Sequence record: DRR378314_123
Length of the DNA stretch: 21,431 nucleotides
Direction: 5' to 3' (one strand)
In this document: piece after piece, positions 1 through 8,888 of the stretch
Numbering within the stretch: position 1 is the stretch's first letter
Layout: every line of letters starts with the position of its first letter
The notes under the pieces: model-generated
Told to the model about the DNA's origin: nothing
What the model saw: only the letters and a program-made list of their open reading frames with translations
Databases searched by the model: none
Position numbers and translations under genes: made by a program

Positions 1-1
1 C

Positions 2-430
2 GCCGAAGCAGCGCTGGCGGACCGCTACCAGCGCCCGTTGACCATCATTCTTATCGACATAGACCAGTTCAAGAGCATCAACGACGACTACGGGCACGAA
101 GCCGGTGATGCGGTCATTCGTGGATTTGCCGACATCCTTTCCGATACGGTTCGGGAAGTGGATCTCGCCGCGCGCTGGGGCGGAGACGAATTCCTTGTCG
201 CCACGCCGGGCGTGGAGCTTCGCAGCGCGCGCCATGCCGCACAGCGCTGCCGGCGCGCCATCGAGAGAGCACCCATCGCGGGCGTCGCCATCACCGCAAC
301 GGTGGGCATTGCCGAGTATATCCCCGGTCAGGGAATCGACGACGCCATCAGCAGGGCCGACGCCATGCTCTATCGAGCCAAGGCGGCAGGTCGGAACCGA
401 GTCATCACAGAAGCCTGCGAACCGGTCTGA
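2..430 (+). CDS. Diguanylate cyclase, GGDEF domain (5'-partial; gene begins upstream of the window)
   Basis: Frame is open from position 2 (AEAALADRYQRPLTIILIDIDQFKSINDDYGHEAGD...). Contains DIDxFKxIND-xxGH-xxGD, an RxxD I-site (REVD) five residues before an intact GGDEF, and C-terminal ADxxLYxAKxxGRN. Confidence 0.95.
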   Translation, partial: AEAALADRYQRPLTIILIDIDQFKSINDDYGHEAGDAVIRGFADILSDTVREVDLAARWGGDEFLVATPGVELRSARHAAQRCRRAIERAPIAGVAITATVGIAEYIPGQGIDDAISRADAMLYRAKAAGRNRVITEACEPV

Positions 431-435
431 TAAGG

Positions 436-1557
436 CTATTGGCGCCCCAGCCACTCCTGAAACCATTGTTCTCGCAACTGAACCGTCTGCGAATACCAAC
501 GGTGATCGCGTACCACCGCTGTATCCAGGTGGGAGGGCGCTGTTGGCATGTAGGGGCGCATGGGCACGCCAACATCGGAATGCAGCCCTACCCGACTCTG
601 GGCAGACTTACGCGCGGGGCCGTAACTGATGAGGTTGGCCTGGGCAGCCATATTTTCAGCGCGGGTGGCAAAACCGATAAATGTCTCGGCCAGGTCGGCC
701 TGTTCGGTATCGCGGAGAATAGCCCAGCTGTTGAAGCCGATCAGTTGGCCGTCCCATATCACCGAGATCGGCGCACCTTCCATGGCTCTGGCGTGAAAGA
801 ATCGGCCATTGTAGCCCGTCGCCATGGCGGCCTGGCCGCTGGTAAGCAGCTCCACCGGTTCATCACCCCGGGTCCACCATACAATTGAGTCGCGAATACC
901 ATCCAGTTGCCGGGAAGCCAGTTCCAGTCCACGGCGGGTGCTGAGCAAATCGTAAAGCTGCTCCCTGGGCACAGAAAGGGATAGCAACGCCCACTCGAAC
1001 AGACCCACAGGGGATTGACGCAGCGCCCGTTTACCAGGAAACGAGGTGAGATCGAAGAAGTCCTCCACACTGTCGGGCTTGACGCCGGGAAACGCCCGGT
1101 CATCGAAGGCGATCACCGTTGAAAACACAATCTGGGTGATGAAGCATCGGTGAATAGCGTCTTCCATGAAGTCCTCCTGCGGCGGCGTACCGTCCGGCGC
1201 AGGTGCCAATATGGCTGGATCAATGTTTTCCAACAGGCCTTCCTCGCAGGCGGCGCTGGCATCGGACTGAATCATGTCAATCACATCCCACTCGGAATCG
1301 CCGCTGGCCAGTTGCTCCCGCAGGACCTTCACGCCGCCGTCGTAATGGACGGTTTCAATCGTTACACCGGTCGCATCCGTGAAGGGCTTAAAGTAGGCGC
1401 GTCTCTGACTGTCCTCGTAGGACCCACCCCAGGTCGCCACCGTCAGCACGTTCCGGGCCTCACCCCCCTCATCACCCGCTGCAGCCGCCAGGAAGCCCGG
1501 AACAGCCAGTAGGCCAAGCATCCACAGTGGCAATATCCTCGCACTAGGCCGCTTCAT
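436..1557 (-). CDS. Periplasmic substrate-binding protein, PotD/PotF (polyamine-type) family
   Basis: Signal-peptide-like N-terminus; motifs TWGGSY, PFTDATGV, WDVID, PGKRAL, YNGR, WDGQ, YGP. Start placed at ATG 1557 with GAGGA RBS; it overlaps the ClC stop by 14 nt. Confidence 0.88.
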   Translation of the reverse strand: MKRPSARILPLWMLGLLAVPGFLAAAAGDEGGEARNVLTVATWGGSYEDSQRRAYFKPFTDATGVTIETVHYDGGVKVLREQLASGDSEWDVIDMIQSDASAACEEGLLENIDPAILAPAPDGTPPQEDFMEDAIHRCFITQIVFSTVIAFDDRAFPGVKPDSVEDFFDLTSFPGKRALRQSPVGLFEWALLSLSVPREQLYDLLSTRRGLELASRQLDGIRDSIVWWTRGDEPVELLTSGQAAMATGYNGRFFHARAMEGAPISVIWDGQLIGFNSWAILRDTEQADLAETFIGFATRAENMAAQANLISYGPARKSAQSRVGLHSDVGVPMRPYMPTAPSHLDTAVVRDHRWYSQTVQLREQWFQEWLGRQ

Positions 1558-3274
1558 TTTCTTCCTCACGCAAGTCGTGCACGATTTCCAGGTAAGCCCG
1601 TATCACCGCCTCTTCCGGCACCACACCAAGCAGCCGCCCCTGCCTCGATACCAACGGAACGGCTTCGCCAAGAAAGCCCCGCAGCAACTCCATCGACTGC
1701 CACACAGAGGTCTCCTCATCAAAGGTGGTGAATGAGCGGATGGCCGCCTCCATCACCGGTGTTTCCGCGCTGCCGTTTACGATGCCCTGCAGCCGAATCA
1801 CGCCGAGCAAGTCGCCCTCTTGGTTCAGGACCATGGCTTCGGCACGGTGGTCGTCCACCAGACGCTGGCGTACGTCTCCCAGGGTGTCCCGGTCACTCGC
1901 CGTGGTGAAGTCACTGGATAGGTAATCCCGGATGTGGTGAGTCTCCAGGATGGCTTTATCCCGCCCCAGGGACAGGTCGAATCCCCGGGCCCGCAATTGC
2001 AGGTCAAACAGCGAGCGCCCGATCACCCGGTAGGAAATCAGGTTGGCGAAAACCACAGCCACCATGGCGGCGATGGTGAGGTCGTAACTGCGGGTCAGTT
2101 CAAACACGATCAGGATGGTGGTCAAAGGCGCACCGATGACGGAACTGGCCAGGGCCATCATGCCGCAGATGGCGTATACCACCAGCCCCGAATGCGGTAC
2201 CGGCGCCACATAAGGCAACACCAGGCCGTAGAAAGCGCCAAAAAGAATGCCGATTAGCAGGGCTGGGCTGAACACCCCGCCGACAAATCCAAACCCTACG
2301 CAAAGCGCCGTTAGTACCAGCTTGGCAATGATAATCAACGCCAGCTCACCGATTCCGAACGCGCCCTCGATGGTGGCGAAACGCAGAGTTTCCTGCCCTA
2401 TGCCCAGCACCTCCGGTATCCAAAGAGCCACAAGCCCCACTGCCAAACCGGCACCCGCCGGCCGGGCCCAGACTGGCGTGATATAACGCTTCGCTGCGTT
2501 GGCGCTGATCCTCAACAGAACCATGAACGCCCAGGCCAGGCCCGCGCACAACACGCCTTCCAGGGCAAAGAACACGAACTCATAGCTGTGCTCCACACGG
2601 TCGAAATTCACCAGAAACAACGCCGGGCGGTCAAAGATCACGTTGGCGATAATGTAGCCCGTTGCCGCCGCTACCGTGACCGGTGCAAAGGCACGCAAAG
2701 AGTAGTGGCGCAGAATCACCTCGTGGGCAAACACCAGCCCCGCTATCGGTGCGTTAAAGGCTGTGGAAATGGCCGCTGCAACACCGCAGGCGATGGCGAT
2801 GGACCGCTGATGCCGCAAATTCAGCCGCAGGCGCCCTGCCAGGTTCCCGAACATCGCCCCCAGGTACACCAACGGGCCATACTGCCCGACCGATGCGCCA
2901 CTGCCCAGAGACACCAGCGCCGCCAGTGTGGACGCCACGCCGCTTTTAAAACCGGGTGCCGGGCCGCTGGTCTGCGCAGCGAGAATCGCGTCCGGCGGCG
3001 ACAAGCCGCGTTTTTCCCGGATCAGAAACTGAACGATAAGCCCGACGACGAGACCACCCACCGCAGGCACGAGAACGGTCGCCGCCGCAACGAGCCCCGG
3101 CCTGTCGTCTGCCTGGATGCGAGCATAGGGTGAAATCAGCAGGCGGTCGTTGAGGTAATGCACCGCGTCCACGAAGCCGATCGCCGCAAGCGAGGCGACG
3201 GCGCCCACGACGATGGCAACCACCGTCACGGCGCTGATCTGATACACAATCTGTTGAACGCCTTTCCTGTCCAT
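1544..3274 (-). CDS. ClC-family chloride channel/transporter-like protein with C-terminal CBS pair; non-canonical selectivity motifs
   Basis: Multiple TM helices; GASVGQYGP (canonical GREGP), AFNAPIAG, GGVFSP, GAPLTTILIVFELT; CBS-like tail. Start moved to ATG 3274 (MDRKG) because the upstream ORF extension runs through the divergent promoter region. Confidence 0.9.
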   Translation of the reverse strand: MDRKGVQQIVYQISAVTVVAIVVGAVASLAAIGFVDAVHYLNDRLLISPYARIQADDRPGLVAAATVLVPAVGGLVVGLIVQFLIREKRGLSPPDAILAAQTSGPAPGFKSGVASTLAALVSLGSGASVGQYGPLVYLGAMFGNLAGRLRLNLRHQRSIAIACGVAAAISTAFNAPIAGLVFAHEVILRHYSLRAFAPVTVAAATGYIIANVIFDRPALFLVNFDRVEHSYEFVFFALEGVLCAGLAWAFMVLLRISANAAKRYITPVWARPAGAGLAVGLVALWIPEVLGIGQETLRFATIEGAFGIGELALIIIAKLVLTALCVGFGFVGGVFSPALLIGILFGAFYGLVLPYVAPVPHSGLVVYAICGMMALASSVIGAPLTTILIVFELTRSYDLTIAAMVAVVFANLISYRVIGRSLFDLQLRARGFDLSLGRDKAILETHHIRDYLSSDFTTASDRDTLGDVRQRLVDDHRAEAMVLNQEGDLLGVIRLQGIVNGSAETPVMEAAIRSFTTFDEETSVWQSMELLRGFLGEAVPLVSRQGRLLGVVPEEAVIRAYLEIVHDLREEENEAA

Positions 3275-3353
3275 GGAACAAGTAAAGTTCCGATTTGCGA
3301 TGTGCTCAACTGTTTGTCTGAAAACCGGGCCGGTAGAACAGCGCCATCCGCTT

Positions 3354-3417
3354 TGCCGCTTTTGGACGACTTGGTGTCGTATTGGATTTAGCACCCCCGA
3401 GCAATCCGGGCCACATT
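3354..3417 (+). promoter_or_regulatory. Tandem activator box (3354-3387) plus -10-like CACATT (3412-3417) for the DMG oxidase-like gene
   Basis: TGCCGCTTTTGGACGACTTGGTGTCGTATTGGAT is 24/34 identical to the box at 13022-13055 (minus), with the same 24-nt gap to CACATT. Confidence 0.75.
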
Positions 3418-3466
3418 GAATCAAGGCCGCGCATGCGGCTGCCATAGTGGGAAAAGGGGGATCAAG

Positions 3467-6037
3467 ATGGCACAACTACCGAAACGTGCAAAAGTCGTCA
3501 TTATTGGCCAGGGCGGTATCGTTGGCTCGTCGGTAGCCCACCACCTGATCGAACAGGGCTGGGACGACATCGTAGGGTTGGAAAAGTCGGCCATTCCCTC
3601 AGACATCGGCTCCACGTCCCACGCCTCGGACTTCTGCTTCACCACCTCGCACGACAAGCTGAATGTCTACACCACCAAATACAGCCAGGCGTTTTATGAG
3701 AAGCGCGGTAATTACGTGAAGTGCGGCGGTATGGAAGTCGCTCGCGCCGATGACGATGAGCGCATGGACGAGCTACGCCGCAAGGTGGGGTCTGGCAAGG
3801 CGTTCGGCACCAACGTCAGCATGATTTCACCGAAACAGGCGAAAGAACTGTTTCCCCTGCTGAATGAAGACTGCATACAAGGCGCCATGTGGGACCCGGA
3901 CGCCGGGCTGGTTGTGCCCCGTTCCCAAAGTGTCGCAGGTGACCTGGTTGAAGAAGCGGTTGCTACGGGAAAACTGCAGGCCTTCGCCTACACCCCAGCC
4001 ATCCGCATCGATGTGCAGGACGGCCAGGTGCGGGGCGTTGAGACCCACAAGGGTTATATCGAAACCGAGTACGTGGTGCTGTCCATGGGCATCTGGGGGC
4101 CACTGATGGCCAATACCGCCAACTCGCCGCTGCCGTTGATGCCCCTGGAACACCCACTGCTGTTCTTCGGCCCCTACGAAGAACTGGCCGGTACCGGCAA
4201 GCAGATCGTCTATCCCCTGTTCCGCGACCAGGGCAACTCGGCCTACGTGCGGGATACGGGCGACCCCACCACCACCGAGGGTGGGCGCATCGAGTGGGGC
4301 TATTATGAGGCCGAGGATCCACGGCTGGTCTATCCCGGAGCTATTGCCGAGCCTGGCGACGCACGTATGTCGCCCTCCATGCGCGACCTGACGCTGGATC
4401 AGGTCATGGACGCGTACGAAAAAGCCATCGAGATGACCCCGATCCTCGGCGAGTTGGGCTGGGAGGAAAAACACTCCTTTAACGGGCTGCTGTCAGTCAC
4501 ACCCGATGGCGGCTCACTGATGGGGGAATCCCCTGACGTGCGCAACTTATGGTTCTGCGAGGCGGTCTGGGTCAAGGATGGCCCAGGCGCGGGCAAAGTC
4601 CTGGCGGACTGGATGACCCATGGCTCTCCGGAAATGGACCCCCACAGCATCGACATTGCGCGCCACTATCCGCTGCAGAAAACCCCGGATTACGTGTACA
4701 ACCGCTGCTACGAAACCGCCAAGAAAATCTACACCCCGGCGGTTCATCCCCGTGAGCCCTACATGACCGGCCGCAAGATGCGCACCAGCCCGTTCTATCT
4801 GCGGGAGGTCGAACTGGGTGCCTATTTCATGGAGGCCGCCGGTTGGGAACGCGCCCATGGCTACGCCGCCAACGAGCCCACCCTGCTGGCGAAATACCGT
4901 GATCGCATCCCGGTGCGGGAACATGAATGGGACGCCCGGCATTTCTGGGACGTGTCCAACGCCGAGCAACTGGAAATGAGCGAATCAGTGGGCATGATCA
5001 ACCTCTCCCACTTCGCCATTTTCGACATCGCCGGTGACGACGCCGAAGCCCTGCTGGAGTACTTGTCCGTCGCCAAGGTGGGCGGCACCATTCCTCACGG
5101 CAAGGGTGTCTACACCCACTTCCTGGATGCCCGTGGCGGCATCCGTTCCGACCTGACCATCATCCGGCGGGGCGACAACGATTACCGGGTGGTCTGCGGG
5201 GGCGACACCGGTCATCGGGACCATTGCTGGATCAAACGCATGGCGCGGGAGAAGGGCCTGGACAACGTCCGCCTGCAGGACCGCACCGACGAGCTGGCCA
5301 CGTTGGGGCTTTGGGGGCCGAAGGCGCGGGAAACCCTCGCGCAGTTCGTCACCAACCCGGACGAACTGTCCGCCGACAATTTCCCTTTCGCCACCGCTCG
5401 GGAGCTGAACATCCAGGGCGTGCCTGTCTGGGCTTTCCGTATATCCTATGTGGGCGAGCAGGGATGGGAGCTCTATTTCCCATTCAGCTATGGCCTTCGC
5501 ATCTGGGACCTGCTTTACGAAGCCGGCGTTACCCCGGTTGGCATCGAAACCTATGCCAACACCCGCCGCCTGGAAAAAAGCCTGCGCCTGCAGAACGTGG
5601 ATCTGGAAACAGAGTACAACCTTTACGAAGCCGGGCTCCAGCGCCCCAAGGTCAAGGAAGCGGATTTCCACGGCAAGGCCGCCTACGTGGAACAACGGGA
5701 ATGGCCCCGCCAGGCCGCCTACCTTTGCACCATGACCATGACGGACCACCGGGACGCCAACGGCGTGCTGCGGTATCCGGTGGGCCAATGGCCCATCCTC
5801 GACCCGCAAACCGGCGAGGTACTGGTGGACAGCCACGGCCGCCGTTCCTACAACACCAGCGTGGCCTGGGGGCCGTCGGTGGGCAAGATTATCCTGCTAG
5901 GCTACATTCCCGTGGAGTATGCTCAGGAAGGCCGGGAGCTGACCCTGGAATACTTCCAGGAGCACTACCCCATCCGCATAGAGGCCGTGGGCTACCGGGC
6001 GATGTTTGATCCGGACAACGACCGGGTGAAGTCCTGA
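3467..6037 (+). CDS. Dimethylglycine oxidase/dehydrogenase-like flavoprotein (DAO-type FAD domain plus GcvT folate-binding domain)
   Basis: N-terminal Rossmann motif VVIIGQGGIVG; GSTSHA (covalent-FAD His position in DMG oxidase); TPDG; GWER; C-terminal GcvT fold (GGIRSDLT, RISYVGEQGWE, RLEKS). ATG 3467 has an AAGGGGG RBS. Confidence 0.88.
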   Translation: MAQLPKRAKVVIIGQGGIVGSSVAHHLIEQGWDDIVGLEKSAIPSDIGSTSHASDFCFTTSHDKLNVYTTKYSQAFYEKRGNYVKCGGMEVARADDDERMDELRRKVGSGKAFGTNVSMISPKQAKELFPLLNEDCIQGAMWDPDAGLVVPRSQSVAGDLVEEAVATGKLQAFAYTPAIRIDVQDGQVRGVETHKGYIETEYVVLSMGIWGPLMANTANSPLPLMPLEHPLLFFGPYEELAGTGKQIVYPLFRDQGNSAYVRDTGDPTTTEGGRIEWGYYEAEDPRLVYPGAIAEPGDARMSPSMRDLTLDQVMDAYEKAIEMTPILGELGWEEKHSFNGLLSVTPDGGSLMGESPDVRNLWFCEAVWVKDGPGAGKVLADWMTHGSPEMDPHSIDIARHYPLQKTPDYVYNRCYETAKKIYTPAVHPREPYMTGRKMRTSPFYLREVELGAYFMEAAGWERAHGYAANEPTLLAKYRDRIPVREHEWDARHFWDVSNAEQLEMSESVGMINLSHFAIFDIAGDDAEALLEYLSVAKVGGTIPHGKGVYTHFLDARGGIRSDLTIIRRGDNDYRVVCGGDTGHRDHCWIKRMAREKGLDNVRLQDRTDELATLGLWGPKARETLAQFVTNPDELSADNFPFATARELNIQGVPVWAFRISYVGEQGWELYFPFSYGLRIWDLLYEAGVTPVGIETYANTRRLEKSLRLQNVDLETEYNLYEAGLQRPKVKEADFHGKAAYVEQREWPRQAAYLCTMTMTDHRDANGVLRYPVGQWPILDPQTGEVLVDSHGRRSYNTSVAWGPSVGKIILLGYIPVEYAQEGRELTLEYFQEHYPIRIEAVGYRAMFDPDNDRVKS

Positions 6038-6064
6038 TCGGTAACCTTTGCCGCTACCTGGCGG

Positions 6065-7447
6065 TCAGCACTCGATGATGTTGACCGCCAGCCCGCCTCT
6101 TGAAGTTTCCTTGTACTTGTCCAGCATATCGCGCCCGGTTTCCCGCATGGTGTGCAACACCTTGTCCAGGGAAACGAAATGTTGCCCGTCGCCTCTCAGT
6201 GCCATAATGGCGGCGTCAATGGCCTTCACCGATGCCATGGCGTTGCGTTCGATACAGGGAATCTGTACCAGCCCGCCAATGGGGTCGCAGGTCATGCCCA
6301 GGTGATGTTCCATGCCTATCTCGGCCGCATTTTCCACTTGTTCCGGTGAACCACCCGTCGCCGCCGCCAGACCCGCAGCGGCCATGGCACACGCGGAGCC
6401 CACTTCCCCCTGGCAGCCGACCTCAGCCCCGGAAATGGAGGCGTTCTCCTTGAACAGAACGCCAATGGCCGCTGCTGTCAGCATGAAGCGGACAATGCCA
6501 TCTTCGCTGGCCTGGGGACAGAATTCCCAGTAGTAATGCAGTACCGCCGGGATAATGCCCGCGGCACCGTTGGTAGGGGCCGTCACAATTCGCCCGCCGA
6601 CAGCGTTCTCTTCGTTAACAGCCAGGGCATAGAGATTAACCCAGTCGAGCGCGCTCAATGACGGCGATATCAGGTCCACCCGCGTCTTATCCATCAGCGA
6701 ACGGTACAGCGATGCGGCCCGGCGCCGGACCTTGAGCCCCCCGGGCAATTCGCCCTCATGGCGAATGCCGTTCTGAACACATTCCCGCATAACCCGCCAG
6801 AGCTCGAGGATGCCGGCGCGAATCTCATCAGGCGTGCGCCAGGCCTGCTCATTGGCGTGCATGATCTCGGCAATTGTGAGGCCGTGTTCCTGACACAGGG
6901 CCAGCAGGGCCTTACCGCTGCTGAAAGGGTAGGACTGCGGTGTTTCGTCAGTGCGGATTTCCAGGGCGCCATCACTATTGGCAGCCACAACAAACCCACC
7001 GCCCACCGAATAATAGGTTCTTTCCCACAGGCAGTGTCCGTCTTGATCAAAGGCCTGACAGATCATGCCATTGGGGTGTTCCGACAGCGATTTCCGGCGG
7101 TAATACACCAGGTCTGTGCTGTCATCAAAACGAACCGCCTGCTGGCCGGCCAGGGAAAGGGTTCCGGAGCGCCGGATCTGCTCAAGCCGACCCGGCATTG
7201 TCTCGGGATCAATCCGGGCCGGCCTCTCCCCTTCCAGGCCCATCATGACGGCTGGGCCAGTACCATGGCCTTTGCCTGTGGCGCCAAGGGAGCCATAAAG
7301 CGAGACTTTGAGGCGATGTACGGATGCCAGCAGACCCTCATCGTCCAGACTATCGGCAAACCGGCGCGCGGCCTCCATGGGCCCGACGGTATGGGAACTG
7401 GACGGTCCAATGCCTGCCTTGAACAGCTCAAACAGACTGACAGCCAC
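6065..7447 (-). CDS. sdaA: L-serine ammonia-lyase (Fe-S dependent)
   Basis: [95 protein letters not shown] start with AGGAGG RBS. Confidence 0.97.
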   Translation of the reverse strand: MAVSLFELFKAGIGPSSSHTVGPMEAARRFADSLDDEGLLASVHRLKVSLYGSLGATGKGHGTGPAVMMGLEGERPARIDPETMPGRLEQIRRSGTLSLAGQQAVRFDDSTDLVYYRRKSLSEHPNGMICQAFDQDGHCLWERTYYSVGGGFVVAANSDGALEIRTDETPQSYPFSSGKALLALCQEHGLTIAEIMHANEQAWRTPDEIRAGILELWRVMRECVQNGIRHEGELPGGLKVRRRAASLYRSLMDKTRVDLISPSLSALDWVNLYALAVNEENAVGGRIVTAPTNGAAGIIPAVLHYYWEFCPQASEDGIVRFMLTAAAIGVLFKENASISGAEVGCQGEVGSACAMAAAGLAAATGGSPEQVENAAEIGMEHHLGMTCDPIGGLVQIPCIERNAMASVKAIDAAIMALRGDGQHFVSLDKVLHTMRETGRDMLDKYKETSRGGLAVNIIEC

Positions 7448-7478
7448 TTTTCAGCCTCCTACCTTGGGGTGTACTTGA

Positions 7479-7542
7479 AGGATAGCCCTATCGGCGAACC
7501 ATCGCCTGCTTGCTGACGACATTCGAACGATGGTTTACGACA
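7479..7542 (-). promoter_or_regulatory. Third, more divergent copy of the tandem box (7542-7509) plus -10 TATCCT (7484-7479) for sdaA
   Basis: Minus strand reads TGTCGTAAACCATCGTTCGAATGTCGTCAGCAAG. It keeps TGnCG-N8-CG-N6-TGTCGT, the 21-bp half-site period and the 24-nt gap to a TAnnnT hexamer. Confidence 0.6.
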
Positions 7543-7570
7543 GTTCCGGTTTGCGAAAAAACATCGTGCA

Positions 7571-7620
7571 CGTCGCATTTGGATCATTCCACACAACGCC
7601 ATGTCGGTTGTGGACCATTC
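7571..7620 (+). repeat. Imperfect 19-bp direct repeat (31-bp period) upstream of the regulator
   Basis: CGTCGCATTTGGATCATTC (7571-7589) and TGTCGGTTGTGGACCATTC (7602-7620), 14/19 identical; each resembles the first half-site of the tandem box. Confidence 0.5.
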
Positions 7621-7670
7621 GCGTCCCGACCGCCAGAATAGAATGAGACCACAGCGCAACTGATCACTTA

Positions 7671-7689
7671 TTGCACTATTGAAGTGCAA
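7671..7689. promoter_or_regulatory. Palindromic operator, NtrC-like (TGCAC-N7-GTGCA)
   Basis: TTGCACT-ATTGA-AGTGCAA is a perfect 7-bp inverted repeat in the sdaA/regulator intergenic region. Confidence 0.55.
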
Positions 7690-7775
7690 CAACTAAGGTT
7701 CAGGTTGAGGCAATCCACTTGGCGCATCAGCCAGACATTGTCGCGACAGGCCCAGGCGGGGCAAGGGGGTTTCCC

Positions 7776-8888
7776 ATGACCACTTATAGCGGCTCACACT
7801 CAGACAAGCCCGCCCCGGAGCCCTATCGGGTCGGCTTCCTGCTGATCGAGAATTTCACCCTGATTGCTCTCGCCACGGCCGTTGAGCCGCTACGCATGGC
7901 CAACCAGTTGGCCGGTACCGAACTCTATTCCTGGAAGCTTCTGACCGCCGAGGGCGAGCCCGCCCGCGCCAGCGATGGCATTACCATGCTACCGGACGCG
8001 TCCATCCAGGAAGAGCACCCGTTTGACCTGGTGATCGTGGTGGCTGGTATTGATGTTACCCGGAGCTTTTCCCGCAAGGAGGTCGTCTGGCTGAAGCAGA
8101 TGGCCCGTCGCCATGTCCTCCTCGGAGCGGTCTGCACCGGGCCCTATGTTCTGGCCAGTGCAGGTTTGCTGGACGGCCACGCCTGTAGCGCTCACTGGGA
8201 GTGCCTGGAGGCTATGCAAGAAGGTTTTCCTCGGGTGCAGACCAACAACCGACTGTTCACGGTCGAACGGGAACGCATGACCTGTACCGGCGGCACTGTG
8301 CCCATGCACATGATGCTCAGCTTCCTGTCACGACGCCACGGCCAGGAACTCAGCAACGCGGTGTCCCACATGTTCGTCTGCGACCGTGTGCGCGAGGAGA
8401 GCGAACAGCAACCCATGCCCATGCACCCTCGCCTGGCCTGTGCCCAGCCCAAACTGGCGGAAGCGGCCCAGTTGATGGAGGCCAATATCGAGGAGCCTAT
8501 CGAGTTGAAGGAACTGGCCACACTGGCTGGCATTTCGCGGCGGCAACTGGAGCGGCTTTTCCTCAAACACATGGGCTGCACACCGTCGCGCTATTACTTG
8601 CGTGTGCGCCTCAACCGGGCCCGCCGCTTGCTGAAGCAGACGTCCTGCTCAATTGTAGAAATCGCCTCCATGTGCGGGTTCGTATCCGCCACCCACTTCA
8701 GCCGGTGCTATCGCAAGAGCATGGGGCGCGCCCCCAAATACGAGCGGATGGAAATCTATTCGCAGGACGCCACCGGAACGGTTCTTACCGATTCCATGAC
8801 CAGCCTCCCGTCCTCTTCCCTGCAGGCATTGAGGCGCGCCCGGGCCGAGCCGACCTACGGTATTTTCGAGGATACCGGTTCAGGTTAA
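7776..8888 (+). CDS. GlxA-family (GbdR/SouR-like) AraC transcriptional regulator with N-terminal DJ-1/GATase-like domain
   Basis: GFLLIENFTLIALATAVEPLRMANQL, GAVCTG, AGLLDG, HWE, MEANIEEP, SRRQLERLF, P.RYYL..RL..AR.LL, CGF.SATHFSRCYR. ATG 7776 with AAGGGGG RBS. Confidence 0.93.
   Translation: MTTYSGSHSDKPAPEPYRVGFLLIENFTLIALATAVEPLRMANQLAGTELYSWKLLTAEGEPARASDGITMLPDASIQEEHPFDLVIVVAGIDVTRSFSRKEVVWLKQMARRHVLLGAVCTGPYVLASAGLLDGHACSAHWECLEAMQEGFPRVQTNNRLFTVERERMTCTGGTVPMHMMLSFLSRRHGQELSNAVSHMFVCDRVREESEQQPMPMHPRLACAQPKLAEAAQLMEANIEEPIELKELATLAGISRRQLERLFLKHMGCTPSRYYLRVRLNRARRLLKQTSCSIVEIASMCGFVSATHFSRCYRKSMGRAPKYERMEIYSQDATGTVLTDSMTSLPSSSLQALRRARAEPTYGIFEDTGSG

Noticed and set aside
2-1557. GGDEF gene next to a polyamine-type binding protein as an NspS/MbaA-like signalling pair
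   Set aside because: The genes are convergent rather than co-transcribed, and the sensor part of the GGDEF protein is outside the window, so there is no support beyond adjacency.
3275-3475. N-terminal extensions of the ClC ORF (to 3475) and the flavoprotein ORF (from 3416)
   Set aside because: They overlap each other and the promoter box; family-like sequence begins at 3274 and 3467, and the latter has a clear RBS.
7621-7636. GG-N10-GC on the minus strand (TGGCGGTCGGGACGC) as a sigma54 promoter for sdaA
   Set aside because: It lacks the TTGC -12 context and is GC-rich, so it is likely chance; a better box-plus--10 promoter exists at 7479-7542.
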